NCBI GenBank assembly: GCA_963782605.1
Contig: CAWAKK010000005.1
Coordinates: 13,080-77,079 of the forward strand
Length of the DNA stretch: 64,000 nucleotides
Direction of reading: 5' to 3'
Origin: an uncultured Solirubrobacterales bacterium
GTDB lineage: Bacteria; Actinomycetota; Thermoleophilia; Solirubrobacterales; 70-9
Position numbers and translations under genes: made by a program. Under the pieces are notes generated by a model that saw nothing but the letters and a program-made list of their open reading frames with translations, was not told where the DNA came from and searched no databases. Of the stretch, positions 1-9,600 are shown piece after piece; position 1 is the stretch's first letter; each line of letters starts with the position of its first letter.

Positions 1-2
1 GG

Positions 3-605
3 GTGGAGATCGAGAAGCGGATTCCGGTTGCGGCGGGCCTCGGTGGCGGCAGCGCGGATGCAGCGGCGGTGCTCCGGCATCTGGGGCGCGGGCGTGATGA
101 TCTGGAGGAGATCGCGATTGGGCTGGGTGCCGATGTGCCGTCGCAGCTCGAGCCCGGGCTGAAGCTGGTGGGCGGCGCGGGGGAGCGGCTCGAGCCGCTG
201 CCGACGCCGGCGGAATTCGGGGTGGTGCTGATTGCGGTCGAGGAGGGGTTGAACGTGAGCGAGGTCTACGCGGAGGCCGATCGGCTCGGGATCGGCCGCG
301 AGCCAGGCGAGCTGGCGGAGGTCGAGGTGCTCCTGCGCACGGCAGCGGCCGCGGGCGCGTCGCCGCTCGATTATCCGGATCTGCTCGTAAACGACCTCCA
401 GGGTGCAGCGCTGTCGCTGCGTCCTGAGATCGCCGAGGCGCTGGCGGCGCTCGAGGAGGTTGGGGCGCCGGTGGCCCTGGTGAGCGGATCGGGGCCGACC
501 GCGGCTGGGTTCTTCCCCGATCTGGCGAGTGCCGATGGGGCTGCCGCGGCCCTGCCCCCGCGGTACGCCGATGCGATCGTGAGCGCGCCGCAGGCCTTCC
601 TGTAG
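3..605 (+). CDS. ispE: 4-diphosphocytidyl-2-C-methyl-D-erythritol kinase (IspE), C-terminal part; 5' end outside window
   Basis: ORF open at the window edge. GHMP-kinase motif PVAAGLGGGSADAAAVLRHL. Position upstream of the glmU-prs block is typical of actinobacteria. Confidence 0.85.
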   Translation: MEIEKRIPVAAGLGGGSADAAAVLRHLGRGRDDLEEIAIGLGADVPSQLEPGLKLVGGAGERLEPLPTPAEFGVVLIAVEEGLNVSEVYAEADRLGIGREPGELAEVEVLLRTAAAAGASPLDYPDLLVNDLQGAALSLRPEIAEALAALEEVGAPVALVSGSGPTAAGFFPDLASADGAAAALPPRYADAIVSAPQAFL

Positions 606-617
606 GAGGCTTCCCTG

Positions 618-2103
618 ATGCAGCTTCCGAAGACCAAGACCGAGCGGATCCGATTCATCGTCATCGCCCTGGCGATCGGGGTCGGCGGCTGGTTCATCTC
701 GCACCAGTTCGAGTCGCTCGACCTCGAGGAGCTGCTGAAGGACGTCTCGGAGACCCTTGGGGCATGGACCTACGCGATCGCCGGGGTGCTCGCATTCTTG
801 GAGACGGGGGCCTTCGTCGGGCTCGTGGTGCCCGGCGAGACGTTCGTGATCCTGGCGGGGGCGGTTGCCGGGCAGGGCGCGACGGACGTCTTCGTGACGG
901 TGGCGATCGTGTGGTTCTGCGCCTGGGCGGGCGACACCACGAGCTTCTTCATCGGGCGCAAGCTGGGGCGCGGGTTCATCCTCGAGCACGGCCCGAAGCT
1001 GAGGATCACCGAGGAGCGTTTCAAGCAGGTCGAGGGCTACTTCGACCGGCATGGTGGCAAGACGATCCTGGTCGGGCGGTTCATCGGCCTGGTACGCGCG
1101 CTGGCGCCGTTCGTCGCCGGGAGCTCGGGGATGGAATACCGGCGCTTCGTCCCCTACAGCGTGCTCGGGACCGGCCTTTGGGCCGGCGTGTTCACGTTCC
1201 TCGGCTACTTCGGATCGCAGTCGATCGAGGAGATCGCGAACGTGGCGGGGCAGGGGGTCCTGCTGTTCGGGATCACGGTTGGGCGTGATCGTGGCGATCG
1301 TCGCGGCGGTGCGCTTCTTCCGCGAGGCGGCGAACCGCCGGAAGACGGTTGCGTGGATGGAGCGGAGGGCGCTCCTGCGCCCGCTCGTCTCAGCCGGACG
1401 GACGGTGCGGCCGCAGGCGAAGTTCGTGTGGAAGCGGCTCACCCCTGGCGACCTGGGGTTGGAGCTGACGGCGATGCTCGCCTCGGTCGCTGTCGGCCTG
1501 TTCGTACTCATCACGTTCGCCTCGGTCGTCGACGCCGAGCCGGGCCCCACGCCCGGGAGATCAGACGGCACTCGACGTGGCCGCGGATCTGCAGGCGGCT
1601 TGGCTCACCGACATCGCCAAGGTGGTGACCAGCCTGGGGAGTGTTACGGCGGTGCTGATCGTCGGAGTCATCTCCGCGGTTGTGCTGGCGCTCCACCGGA
1701 GATGGTTCGACGTGGCTGCGCTCATCGTCGCATTGGCGATTTGCTTCACGGTGGTCCCGAACCTGAAGGAGGTCTTCGACCGTCCCCGCCCGGATGGGGC
1801 TCTGGTGGCGGTCGAAGGCGACGCCTACCCAAGCGGTCATGCGACCTACGCGGTGATCTACGTGTGGCTGGCGCTGACGTGACGGTGCGTCTGCGACCGG
1901 GCAAGGCGGGTGGAACGGCGATCCTCGTGGTGGGGATCGCCCTGGCGGCGGCGATCGGCCTCTCGCGCGTTTACCTTCGGGTCCACTACATGAGCGACGT
2001 GATTGGTGGCTGGGGCTTGGGCGTGGCGGCGTTCTCCGGGTGCGCGATGATCGCGCTCGTCGCGAGTCACGTGGGCGACTTGCGGAACAATGACCCGCCA
2101 TGA
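618..2103 (+). pseudogene. DedA-family membrane protein fused to a PAP2 phosphatase domain; reading frame changes three times
   Basis: DedA core (VVPGETFVILAGAVAG, GRFIGLVRALAPFVAG) is in the frame of ORF 618 up to ~1281. Linker/TM (VIVAIVAAVRFFREAANRRK) is in the frame of ORF 1051. PAP2 motifs KEVFDRPRP and YPSGHA are in the frame of ORF 1577 (~1558-1878). PAP2 motif SRVYLRVHYMSDV returns to the frame of ORF 1051, ending at stop 2103. Confidence 0.75.
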
Positions 2104-2339
2104 GCTTCGCGAAGATCGGAACGGAGATCTACCTGTTCGGCGGCGCCGCGCTGCTCAGCGTGCTCGCGTTCGCGGTGCTCATCCTGGCGCCGGCGATCGG
2201 CTCGTACTCGCGTACGTGGGAGAAGGCGACGGCGGCGCTGCTGTCGATCTTCGTGCTTGCGGCGCTGCTTTTGATCGGGGTCGGCGTCGGCGTCTTGATC
2301 GTCTACTACTGGGACGAGATCAACGGGCTCTTCACCTAG
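2100..2339 (+). CDS. small hydrophobic membrane protein, function unknown
   Basis: 79-aa ORF with an ATGA start/stop overlap with the upstream gene. Two long hydrophobic stretches. No recognisable family. Confidence 0.55.
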   Translation: MSFAKIGTEIYLFGGAALLSVLAFAVLILAPAIGSYSRTWEKATAALLSIFVLAALLLIGVGVGVLIVYYWDEINGLFT

Positions 2340-2379
2340 CTGGGGACCAGGTTTGCCCGGCTGGTGGCCCGCCTAGACT

Positions 2380-3627
2380 TTGCCGGTGCCACCGAAGCCG
2401 GCGGAGAAGCCAGTCGCTGCGAGTCAGGCTGAGGCGGGGACCCTCGAGGAGCTCTCCGAGGCGATCGAGTCGGGAGCCGGGCTGCCCACCGTCGCGCGTG
2501 CCGCTGCCAAGGCGCTGGGGGCGAGCGTTGCTCTAATCGACCGATCGAGCGCGGTGCTGGCGGTGGCCGCGACGTCTTCGGCGGAGGAGTCGAAGCTGCT
2601 CGCGGGCGAGAGCTCGGTGACCTCGGGGGAGCTGCGAGTGGCGGATGCGGTCGTCGGCGAGCTCCGCTACCGCCCCCGTGGACCGGAGCCGGCGCCGACG
2701 CTCCTGCGGATGGTCTCGACTTTGGTGGCGCTCGAGCTGGAGCGGTCGCGGGCGCCCGACTGGGCGTCTGATGAGGCGGCGGGTGAGTTCGTGCGAGCGT
2801 TGCTGGCGCGCCGGGTCACGGACCGCGGGGACATCGTGGCGCGGGCGGCCGAGCTGGGTGCTGACGTCGAGGCGGGGGCGGGGGTCCTGATCGCGCGTGC
2901 GACTCCACATGTGGCGCAGTCGGGCGATTGGCGGGCGCGGGTGATGACGGTGACTCTGCGTGCCCTGCGCGGGGTGTGCTCGGGATCGCTGGCGGCCCTG
3001 GGGGAGGACGGCGAGCCCGCTGAGGTGGTCGCGATCGTGCCGTCGCCGGAGGCGAAGGATCTTGAGCGGGCGACCGCGGGGGTCGAGCGCGAGCTCGTGA
3101 GCGGGCTGCAGGGATTTACCGCCACCGTGGCGTGCAGCCGCGTGACGGGCGACCCGGTCGATCTCTATCGAGCGGGCAAGGAGGCGTTGCTCGCGGCCAA
3201 TGTGGCGGAGGCGGAGGGACACCCGACGCTGGCGTTCGAGGCGACGGGGTCGTACAGGCTGTTGCTGCCGGCGATGAGCGAGGACCCGGGGGAGTTGGAG
3301 CGGTTCTACGAGGAGACGGTTGCGCCCCTGTCCGCTTACGACGAGCAGTATGAGACGGAGCTCGTGAACACGATCGAGGCCTATCTGGAGCAGGACGGGA
3401 ACGTGACGCCGACGGCCGAGCAGCTCTTCACGCATCGGCACACGGTTCGGTATCGGCTCGAGCGGGTGAAGGAGCTGTGTGGCCACGACATCACCTCGAC
3501 CGACGGGCGGGAGAAGCTGGGGCTCGGTCTCAAGGCGATGCGGGTGCTGGGGATCGCGCCGCCCCGTGGCCCCGCGATGGAGCCGGGGGCCGAGGCGGGC
3601 AAGGTCCGCCGGCCGAAGGAGGACTAG
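2380..3627 (+). CDS. PucR/CdaR-family transcriptional regulator
   Basis: C-terminal PucR-type HTH (TAEQLFTHRHTVRYRLERVKELCG). TTG 2380 is the longest start option; the true start is uncertain. Confidence 0.75.
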   Translation: MPVPPKPAEKPVAASQAEAGTLEELSEAIESGAGLPTVARAAAKALGASVALIDRSSAVLAVAATSSAEESKLLAGESSVTSGELRVADAVVGELRYRPRGPEPAPTLLRMVSTLVALELERSRAPDWASDEAAGEFVRALLARRVTDRGDIVARAAELGADVEAGAGVLIARATPHVAQSGDWRARVMTVTLRALRGVCSGSLAALGEDGEPAEVVAIVPSPEAKDLERATAGVERELVSGLQGFTATVACSRVTGDPVDLYRAGKEALLAANVAEAEGHPTLAFEATGSYRLLLPAMSEDPGELERFYEETVAPLSAYDEQYETELVNTIEAYLEQDGNVTPTAEQLFTHRHTVRYRLERVKELCGHDITSTDGREKLGLGLKAMRVLGIAPPRGPAMEPGAEAGKVRRPKED

Positions 3628-3635
3628 GCCAGCTC

Positions 3636-4079
3636 GTGGCGGGGGCAGTGGAGGCGAGCGTGCGTGTTGAGGCTCCGCGGGAGGAGCTGTTCGAGCGCCT
3701 GGCGCGGCTCGAGAACCACTGGGACCTCGCCGACCGCTGGGTGGAAGTCGTGAGCCTGAACGGGGCGGATGGCTCACCCGCGGATGGGGGAGTCGTGCGG
3801 CTCAACGGGCCCTTGGGATTCAGCCGCACGGCGCTGACAACGGTTGACCGCGTGGAGGCGCCAGAGCGGATCTCGGGGACGGCGCGGGTGGGGCCGAAGA
3901 CCCGGGGCGCTGTGAGCTGGACGCTGGTGCCGGACGGTGGCGCGACGCTGGTGACCTTGCGAGGGGAGCTGGTCGAGGCGGGACCACTCGACCGGGCGAT
4001 CTGGACACTCGGGGGGAGGGTCTGGATGGAGCGTCGGCTGCGCGTGACGCTGGAGCGGTTGCGGGCGGAGTACGCCTGA
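3636..4079 (+). CDS. SRPBCC (START/polyketide-cyclase-like) superfamily protein
   Basis: GTG 3636 in the frame of track ORF 3477..4079 gives ~147 aa. Size and N-terminal pattern (VRVEAPREELFERLARLENHWDL) resemble SRPBCC proteins. The call is by resemblance only. Confidence 0.5.
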   Translation: MAGAVEASVRVEAPREELFERLARLENHWDLADRWVEVVSLNGADGSPADGGVVRLNGPLGFSRTALTTVDRVEAPERISGTARVGPKTRGAVSWTLVPDGGATLVTLRGELVEAGPLDRAIWTLGGRVWMERRLRVTLERLRAEYA

Positions 4080-4113
4080 ACGGGCCGTTCCCGAACGTAC
4101 ACTGACGGTGCTC

Positions 4114-4184
4114 TGGGGAGTCGTCCAATGGCAGGACTCGCGGTTTTGGTCCGCGCAATCCCGGTTCAAATCCGGGCTCCCCAG
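4114..4184 (+). tRNA. tRNA-Gln (anticodon TTG)
   Basis: Cloverleaf folded by hand. Acceptor TGGGGAG/CTCCCCA, anticodon stem CGCGG/CCGCG with loop TTTTGGT, T arm CCCGG-TTCAAAT-CCGGG. 71 nt; CCA not encoded. Confidence 0.9.
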
Positions 4185-4239
4185 CTCGCCGAAAGCCCGC
4201 TCTCATCACACTCGAACCGCGCGCTTTACGATCTGAGCC

Positions 4240-5673
4240 GTGGCCGGCCCCACCGTTCTGATCATGGCGGCGGGCGAGGGAACCAGGATGCGCTCCTCGC
4301 TGCCCAAGATGCTGCACCCCATTTGCGGGCGGCCGATGGTCGCCTGGCCTGTGCTCGCCGCCCTCGAGGCCGGCGCCGCGCGGGTCGCCGTGATCGTTCC
4401 CCCCCATCGCGACCTCTCGGCAGCCCTCCCGAAAGGCACGGAGACCGTGGTCCAGGACGTCGCCGACGGCACCGGCGGCGCCGTGCGCTCGGCCCTTCAC
4501 CTGATCCACGATGCCGAGACCGTGCTGGTCGTGCCCGGCGACCATCCACTCATCTCCGGCGCCCTGCTCAGCGACATGCTCGACGCCCACAGGAACGCGG
4601 GAGCGGCCGCCTCGGTCATGTCGGTCGAACTCGACGATCCCGGCGCCTACGGCCGCCTCGTGCGCGACGACGCCGGTGAGGTCGACTGCATCGTCGAGAC
4701 CAAGCACGCCGACCGGGTCTCGGACGCGATCCTCGCGATCCGCGAGATCTCGACGAGCACGTTCGCCTTCGAGGCTCGCGGCCTCGTCGATGCCCTCGAG
4801 CGCATCACGACCGACAACGAGGCGGGGGAGTACTACCTCGGTGACGTGCTGCCCATCTTCAAGGCGGCGGGCAAGCGAGTGATCGCCTTTTCCGCCCCCG
4901 ATCCGGCCGCGAACCTGGGGGTCAACAACCGTGCCGACCTGGCCATCGTCGCGCAGGAGACCCGCCGGCGCATCCTCGAGGGCCACATGGTCGCCGGGGT
5001 GACCGTTACCGACCCCAGTTCAACCTGGGTCGACGCGGACGTCGAGATCGCCGCCGACGTCACCCTCGAGCCCGGCTCGGTGCTCCACGGCGCAACGCGC
5101 ATCGGCGCCGGATCGGCGATCGGCCCGCACACCACCCTGATCGATGCCGTACTCGGGGAGAACGTTCGTGTTCCACACTCCTACCTCATCGAGTGCGAGG
5201 TTGCCTCCGGCTGCTCGGTTGGTCCCTTCGCCTATCTGCGCCCGGGCGCCCACCTCGCCGAGGGCGCGAAGGCGGGCACCTTCGTCGAGGTCAAGAACTC
5301 GCGCATCGGTGAGGGAGCCAAGATCCCGCACCTTTCATACGTCGGCGACACCGACGTCGGCGCGGAATCGAACATCGGGGCAGGAACGATCACCGCCAAC
5401 TACGACGGATTCACCAAGAACCGCACGAAGATCGGGGAACGTGCGCGCATCAGCGTTCACACCTCGCTGGTTGCCCCTGTCGAGATCGGCGACGACGCAT
5501 ACACTGGCGCCGGAGCGGTGATCCGCGAGGACGTCCCGGACGGCGCCCTCGGGGTCTCCAAGGCCGAGCAGCGCAACATCGAGGGCTTCGCGGAGCGCAA
5601 GGCAGCCCAGCACGCCGCGGAAAAAGACCCAGAGCCAAAGACAGAGCGGAAGGACACGGGGGAGAGCACGTGA
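4240..5673 (+). CDS. glmU: bifunctional UDP-N-acetylglucosamine diphosphorylase / glucosamine-1-phosphate N-acetyltransferase
   Basis: N-terminal LIMAAGEGTRMRSSLPKMLHPICGRPM nucleotidyltransferase motif. C-terminal left-handed beta-helix hexapeptide repeats. Followed by prs. Confidence 0.95.
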   Translation: MAGPTVLIMAAGEGTRMRSSLPKMLHPICGRPMVAWPVLAALEAGAARVAVIVPPHRDLSAALPKGTETVVQDVADGTGGAVRSALHLIHDAETVLVVPGDHPLISGALLSDMLDAHRNAGAAASVMSVELDDPGAYGRLVRDDAGEVDCIVETKHADRVSDAILAIREISTSTFAFEARGLVDALERITTDNEAGEYYLGDVLPIFKAAGKRVIAFSAPDPAANLGVNNRADLAIVAQETRRRILEGHMVAGVTVTDPSSTWVDADVEIAADVTLEPGSVLHGATRIGAGSAIGPHTTLIDAVLGENVRVPHSYLIECEVASGCSVGPFAYLRPGAHLAEGAKAGTFVEVKNSRIGEGAKIPHLSYVGDTDVGAESNIGAGTITANYDGFTKNRTKIGERARISVHTSLVAPVEIGDDAYTGAGAVIREDVPDGALGVSKAEQRNIEGFAERKAAQHAAEKDPEPKTERKDTGEST

Positions 5674-6701
5674 GCGTCGTGGAGGAGGAGCCGCAGGTCA
5701 GAAGCTCGCTCGAGCACGAGTACAACAAGCGTCTGATGGTCTTCGGCGGCCGGGCCTCGATGGAGCTCGCCGCGAGGATCGCGGGCCACCTCGAGGTCGA
5801 CCTCGGCACAGCCGACCTGCGCACCTTCGCCGACGGGGAGGTCTACGCCCGCTACGAGGAGTCGATCCGCGGCGCGGACGTCTTCCTGGTGCAGTCCACC
5901 GCTGCAAATGAAGCGAACGGGATGACCCCGAACGACGCGCTGATGGAGCTGCTCACGATGATCGACGCAGCCCAGGGCGCCTCCGCCCACCGGATCATCG
6001 CCGTCATGCCCTGGTACGGCTACGGTCGCCAGGACAAGAAGTCCCAGCCTCGCGAGCCGATCACCGCCCGCGTGGTCGCCAAGTGCCTCGAGGCCGTCGG
6101 GGTCGATCGCGTCCTCACCATGGACCTTCACTCCGGTCAGGTGCAGGGCTTCTTCGAGGTCCCGGTCGATCACATGACCGCGATGCCGAACCTGACCCAG
6201 TACTTCCTTGATCAGGCCTGGGGGGACGACCTTGTGATCGTCTCGCCCGACGCCGGCCGGGTGAAGGTCGCCCGCAACTTCGCCCGCAAGCTGGGCGTCC
6301 ACTGGGCCGTGATGGAGAAGGAGCGCCCGGCCCAGCAGGTCGCGGAGATCGGCTACGTGGTCGGCGACGTCAAGGGAAAGACCGCCGTCCTCGTCGACGA
6401 CATGATCGATACCGCCGGAACGCTCTGCGCCGCGGCGAACACCGTGCGTGAGGAGGGCGCCGCGCGCGTGATCGCGTGCGCCACCCACGGGGTCTTCTCC
6501 GGGCCCGCCTACGAACGGCTGGGTTACGAGGAATCTGGGATCGAGCGCATCGTCGTCACCGACACGATCCCCCTGCGCCCCGGCGCCCCCGAGAACATCA
6601 CCGTGCTCTCGACGGCGCAGACGCTCGCCGACTCGATCCGCCGCATCTTCGCGGACGACTCGGTATCGGAGATTTTCGCAGGGGAGAATCAGCTCTTCTA
6701 G
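5670..6701 (+). CDS. prs: ribose-phosphate pyrophosphokinase
   Basis: GTGA overlap with glmU. Motifs NDALMELLTMIDAAQGASAHRIIAVMPWYGYGRQDKK and VLVDDMIDTAGT (PRPP-binding loop). Confidence 0.95.
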   Translation: MSVVEEEPQVRSSLEHEYNKRLMVFGGRASMELAARIAGHLEVDLGTADLRTFADGEVYARYEESIRGADVFLVQSTAANEANGMTPNDALMELLTMIDAAQGASAHRIIAVMPWYGYGRQDKKSQPREPITARVVAKCLEAVGVDRVLTMDLHSGQVQGFFEVPVDHMTAMPNLTQYFLDQAWGDDLVIVSPDAGRVKVARNFARKLGVHWAVMEKERPAQQVAEIGYVVGDVKGKTAVLVDDMIDTAGTLCAAANTVREEGAARVIACATHGVFSGPAYERLGYEESGIERIVVTDTIPLRPGAPENITVLSTAQTLADSIRRIFADDSVSEIFAGENQLF

Positions 6702-6717
6702 AGCTGATTCGGGCTGG

Positions 6718-6764
6718 CGCGGTGCTTTAGCACCGCGAGCAGCAGGTAAGGCGGCGAAGCCGCC
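6718..6764. terminator. two GC-rich hairpins between convergent genes (candidate bidirectional terminator)
   Basis: CGCGGTGC-TTTA-GCACCGCG (6718-6737) and GGCGGC-GAA-GCCGCC (6750-6764) lie in the 96-nt gap between prs and the minus-strand gene. No clear U-tract. Confidence 0.4.
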
Positions 6765-6797
6765 GCAGGTGATTCACGGGCTACTCATCGGCTCGAA

Positions 6798-7310
6798 TCA
6801 GCCGAACCCCGGGTCGTAGATGGCCCACTCTCCGTCGTCCGTCTCGAGCAGGACCGTGCGCTGCTGCGGTCCGCGTCCGCCCTTCACGATCAACTCTGTC
6901 TCCACCCGGGCGCGGTCGCCGCTCACGCTCGAAAGCGTCACTCGCAGTCGGCTTCCCTTGAGCTGATCGCCCACCAACGCGTCCAGAACCTCGACGCAGC
7001 CGTCGAGGTTCTGCTCGGCGGCCAGCGCCCCGGCACGGACCTCGATCGCGTTTCGCGCGGGCCGCGTGAGCAGGCCGCAGAACGTCCCGAAGTCGCCGGC
7101 GGCGCCGGCCGCGAAGAAACGCTCGACCGTGTCCTGGGCGAGCTCCTCCTGGGTAGGCGGATCGGAGAAGGGCCCGACGTCGAAGACCGCGAGCGCCGCG
7201 ACGGCGATGACGATCACCAGCAGGACCGCGGCGACGCGCCGCCGGGTGTGCTCGTCCAGGTATCCCAAGGCGCGGTGACCGTACCGCGCAGCCGCAGGGG
7301 TGAACCCCAC
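6798..7310 (-). CDS. membrane-anchored hypothetical protein
   Basis: C-terminal part of track ORF 6798..7556. One N-terminal TM (VAAVLLVIVIAVAALAV) followed by a ~130-aa soluble domain. GTG 7310 was chosen because longer starts would overlap the divergent GDPD gene. Start uncertain. Confidence 0.55.
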   Translation of the reverse strand: MGFTPAAARYGHRALGYLDEHTRRRVAAVLLVIVIAVAALAVFDVGPFSDPPTQEELAQDTVERFFAAGAAGDFGTFCGLLTRPARNAIEVRAGALAAEQNLDGCVEVLDALVGDQLKGSRLRVTLSSVSGDRARVETELIVKGGRGPQQRTVLLETDDGEWAIYDPGFG

Positions 7311-7327
7311 ATCCCTACGGTTCGCCC

Positions 7328-8086
7328 GTGGATCGCAAGCTGCTTCGGATCGGGCACAAGGGAGCCGACGGGATCGTTCCCGGCAACACCCTCGCGAGCT
7401 TCGAGGCAGCGGTTGCGGCCGGTGTGGACGTGATCGAGTTCGACGTGCTGCGACCCCGCGGCGACTTCGCCGAGACCGACGATTGGCGCGATGCCGAGGG
7501 CGGGCCCGCCTCCGGCACTGGTCCCCTCTTGATCGCGCACGACTGGGCGGCCGCACGGCGGGGCGATCCGCCCACGCTCGCAGCGGCGCTCGACGCCTTC
7601 ACCCGGCCCCCTCTCCAAAACGTGGACATCGACCTCGACCTGAAGATCGCCGGCCGCGAGGACGAGGTGGTCGCGGCGCTGCGCGAGCGTGGGCTCCTCG
7701 ACCGGGCGATGGTTTCCGGAATGGAGCTTCAAGGCCTGCGCTGGGTCGCGGCAAACGCTCCGGAGGTCCGCCTCGGCTGGACGGTCCCAAGGATCACTCG
7801 CGACTGGCGCAGGGAGCGCTGGGCCAAGCCGCTCGTTGCGATCTGGCTGGCCTGGTCACGGTGGCGGCTGCCGCTCCGCGTGGAGCGCGAGGCACCGACG
7901 CTGGGCGCGTGGGCCGTCTGGATCTTTCACGCACTCGTCACGCCACGGCTGATCGCCGCTGCCGAGCGGGCGGGCGTCGCCGTCATCACCTGGACGGTCG
8001 ACAGCGAAGCCGAGGTGAGGAGGCTGAAAGACCTCGGGGTCGATGGCATCGTCACCAACGACCCACGCGTGTTCGAAAGCCTCTGA
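7328..8086 (+). CDS. glycerophosphodiester phosphodiesterase family protein
   Basis: GDPD pattern IGHKGADGIVPGNTLASFEAAVAAGVDVIEFDV, with C-terminal GVDGIVTNDP. Confidence 0.8.
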   Translation: MDRKLLRIGHKGADGIVPGNTLASFEAAVAAGVDVIEFDVLRPRGDFAETDDWRDAEGGPASGTGPLLIAHDWAAARRGDPPTLAAALDAFTRPPLQNVDIDLDLKIAGREDEVVAALRERGLLDRAMVSGMELQGLRWVAANAPEVRLGWTVPRITRDWRRERWAKPLVAIWLAWSRWRLPLRVEREAPTLGAWAVWIFHALVTPRLIAAAERAGVAVITWTVDSEAEVRRLKDLGVDGIVTNDPRVFESL

Positions 8087-8098
8087 GCGACCTCCCGG

Positions 8099-9520
8099 CT
8101 ACACCGGCCGGCCCGCATAGCCCGGCACGCGCCTTTGCCCGCGGGACTCGAAATAGGCCCACTCTGCTTGCCCCAGCTCGGTCGCCGGGTCGTCGGCGTA
8201 CACCCACTCGCGCATGATCCGATGCCAGTTGCGCCGAGCTCCCAGCTGGGCGAGCACGGCCAGAACCCCCGTCTCCATCCGCCGGCCCATCAGCTCCTCC
8301 GCGGGCACGCTCTCGCGCCGCATCAGGTCGTAGTACTCCGAGCGTGGGTCCGATGTCGCCTCGATCACCTTCATCACCCGCCGTTTCGAGACGGTGTATT
8401 CGCTGTCGTCGAGATACCAACCGCCGACGAGCATGACGTGCTCCATCAGCCGCTCGGCGTCGAGCTTCGACGGGTTCTTGACGAAGCCGAGGTCGTGGAG
8501 CGCTTGGCGGAGCGCCTCGGGATCCTTGCGCGACGCGGCATCGATGGCCGCCTGCTCGAGCTCGATCTGCTCGAGGTCGAGCTTCTTCGTCATCCCGAAG
8601 TCGAGGAAGGCCACCCTGCCGTCCTCCATCAGGATGTAGTTGCCGGGATGGGCATCGGCGTTGAAGTGCTGCAGGTGGTAGATCGAGCCGAAGCAGAACC
8701 GGAAGACGATTTCGCCGAAGCGGCTTCGCTCTGCCTCACCGAGCTCCTTGACCTCCTCGAACCCCTTGCCCTCGACGAACTCGGTGACGAGCACGCGCCG
8801 GCGCGAGAGGCGAGTGACGACGTCGGGCACCTGAATGAAGGGGTGTCCGCGATAGGCGCGGGCGAAGGCCCGCTGGTTTTGCGCCTCGTACTCGTAGTCG
8901 AGTTCTTCCAGGACGCGCTCGCGCAACTCTCCGGCCACCGCCTTCGCGTCGAGCCCGGGCGCGAGCGCCTTCGCGAGTCGCACGAGCATGCCCGCGTTCG
9001 CGAGGTCGGCCTCGAGCGCCTCGGCCACCCCCGGGTACTGGATCTTCACCGCGACGTCGCGACCATCGAGCAGCTTGGCGCGGTGGACCTGGCCGATCGA
9101 CGCAGCGGCGAACGCTGCGTGCTCGAACTCCCCAAAGGTGTCGTCGAAGCTCTCGTCGCGGTACTCCTCGTCGAGCACCGTCCGGACCTGCTCCCACGGC
9201 ATCGGCGGAGCGTCGGTCCGCAGCTTGGCCAGCTGCTCGTGGTAGATCTCGGCGTACTCGGGCGGAAGAAAGTCGGTATCGATGAACGAGGCGAGCTGCC
9301 CCAGCTTCATGGCCGCGCCCTTCATCTCGCCGAGAACGTCCAGCATCTTCATCGCCGTCTCCAGATGGCGGGCCTCAAGCTTTGTTTGCGCCTCCTCGTC
9401 GGAGCGGGCGAGGGATGCAGCTCGGGTTCCCGCGTACCTGGTGGCCTGGCCGCCGAGAGCGGTGCCGAGCTTGGCGGACCGGCGAATCCGCCCCTTTGGG
9501 ATTTCGGGACCCTCACCCAT
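8099..9520 (-). CDS. ABC1/UbiB-family atypical protein kinase
   Basis: Motifs AASIGQVHRAKLLDGRDVAVKIQYPGV and HADAHPGNYILMEDGRVAFLDFG. The ORF extends to TTG 9571. ATG 9520 is preferred because it leaves room for the divergent rplY promoter. Confidence 0.85.
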   Translation of the reverse strand: MGEGPEIPKGRIRRSAKLGTALGGQATRYAGTRAASLARSDEEAQTKLEARHLETAMKMLDVLGEMKGAAMKLGQLASFIDTDFLPPEYAEIYHEQLAKLRTDAPPMPWEQVRTVLDEEYRDESFDDTFGEFEHAAFAAASIGQVHRAKLLDGRDVAVKIQYPGVAEALEADLANAGMLVRLAKALAPGLDAKAVAGELRERVLEELDYEYEAQNQRAFARAYRGHPFIQVPDVVTRLSRRRVLVTEFVEGKGFEEVKELGEAERSRFGEIVFRFCFGSIYHLQHFNADAHPGNYILMEDGRVAFLDFGMTKKLDLEQIELEQAAIDAASRKDPEALRQALHDLGFVKNPSKLDAERLMEHVMLVGGWYLDDSEYTVSKRRVMKVIEATSDPRSEYYDLMRRESVPAEELMGRRMETGVLAVLAQLGARRNWHRIMREWVYADDPATELGQAEWAYFESRGQRRVPGYAGRPV

Positions 9521-9600
9521 CCAGAGGAATCTAGATGAGCGCCCACCCCTGTTCCGCCAGTTCGAGATCAAGCCGGCACCCTCTATCCTCAGCCGTCGCC

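Noticed and set aside
3820-6488. 388-aa and 343-aa minus-strand ORFs (3820..4986, 5457..6488)
   Set aside because: They are antisense to glmU and prs, which carry unambiguous motifs. Their composition is typical of GC-rich shadow ORFs.
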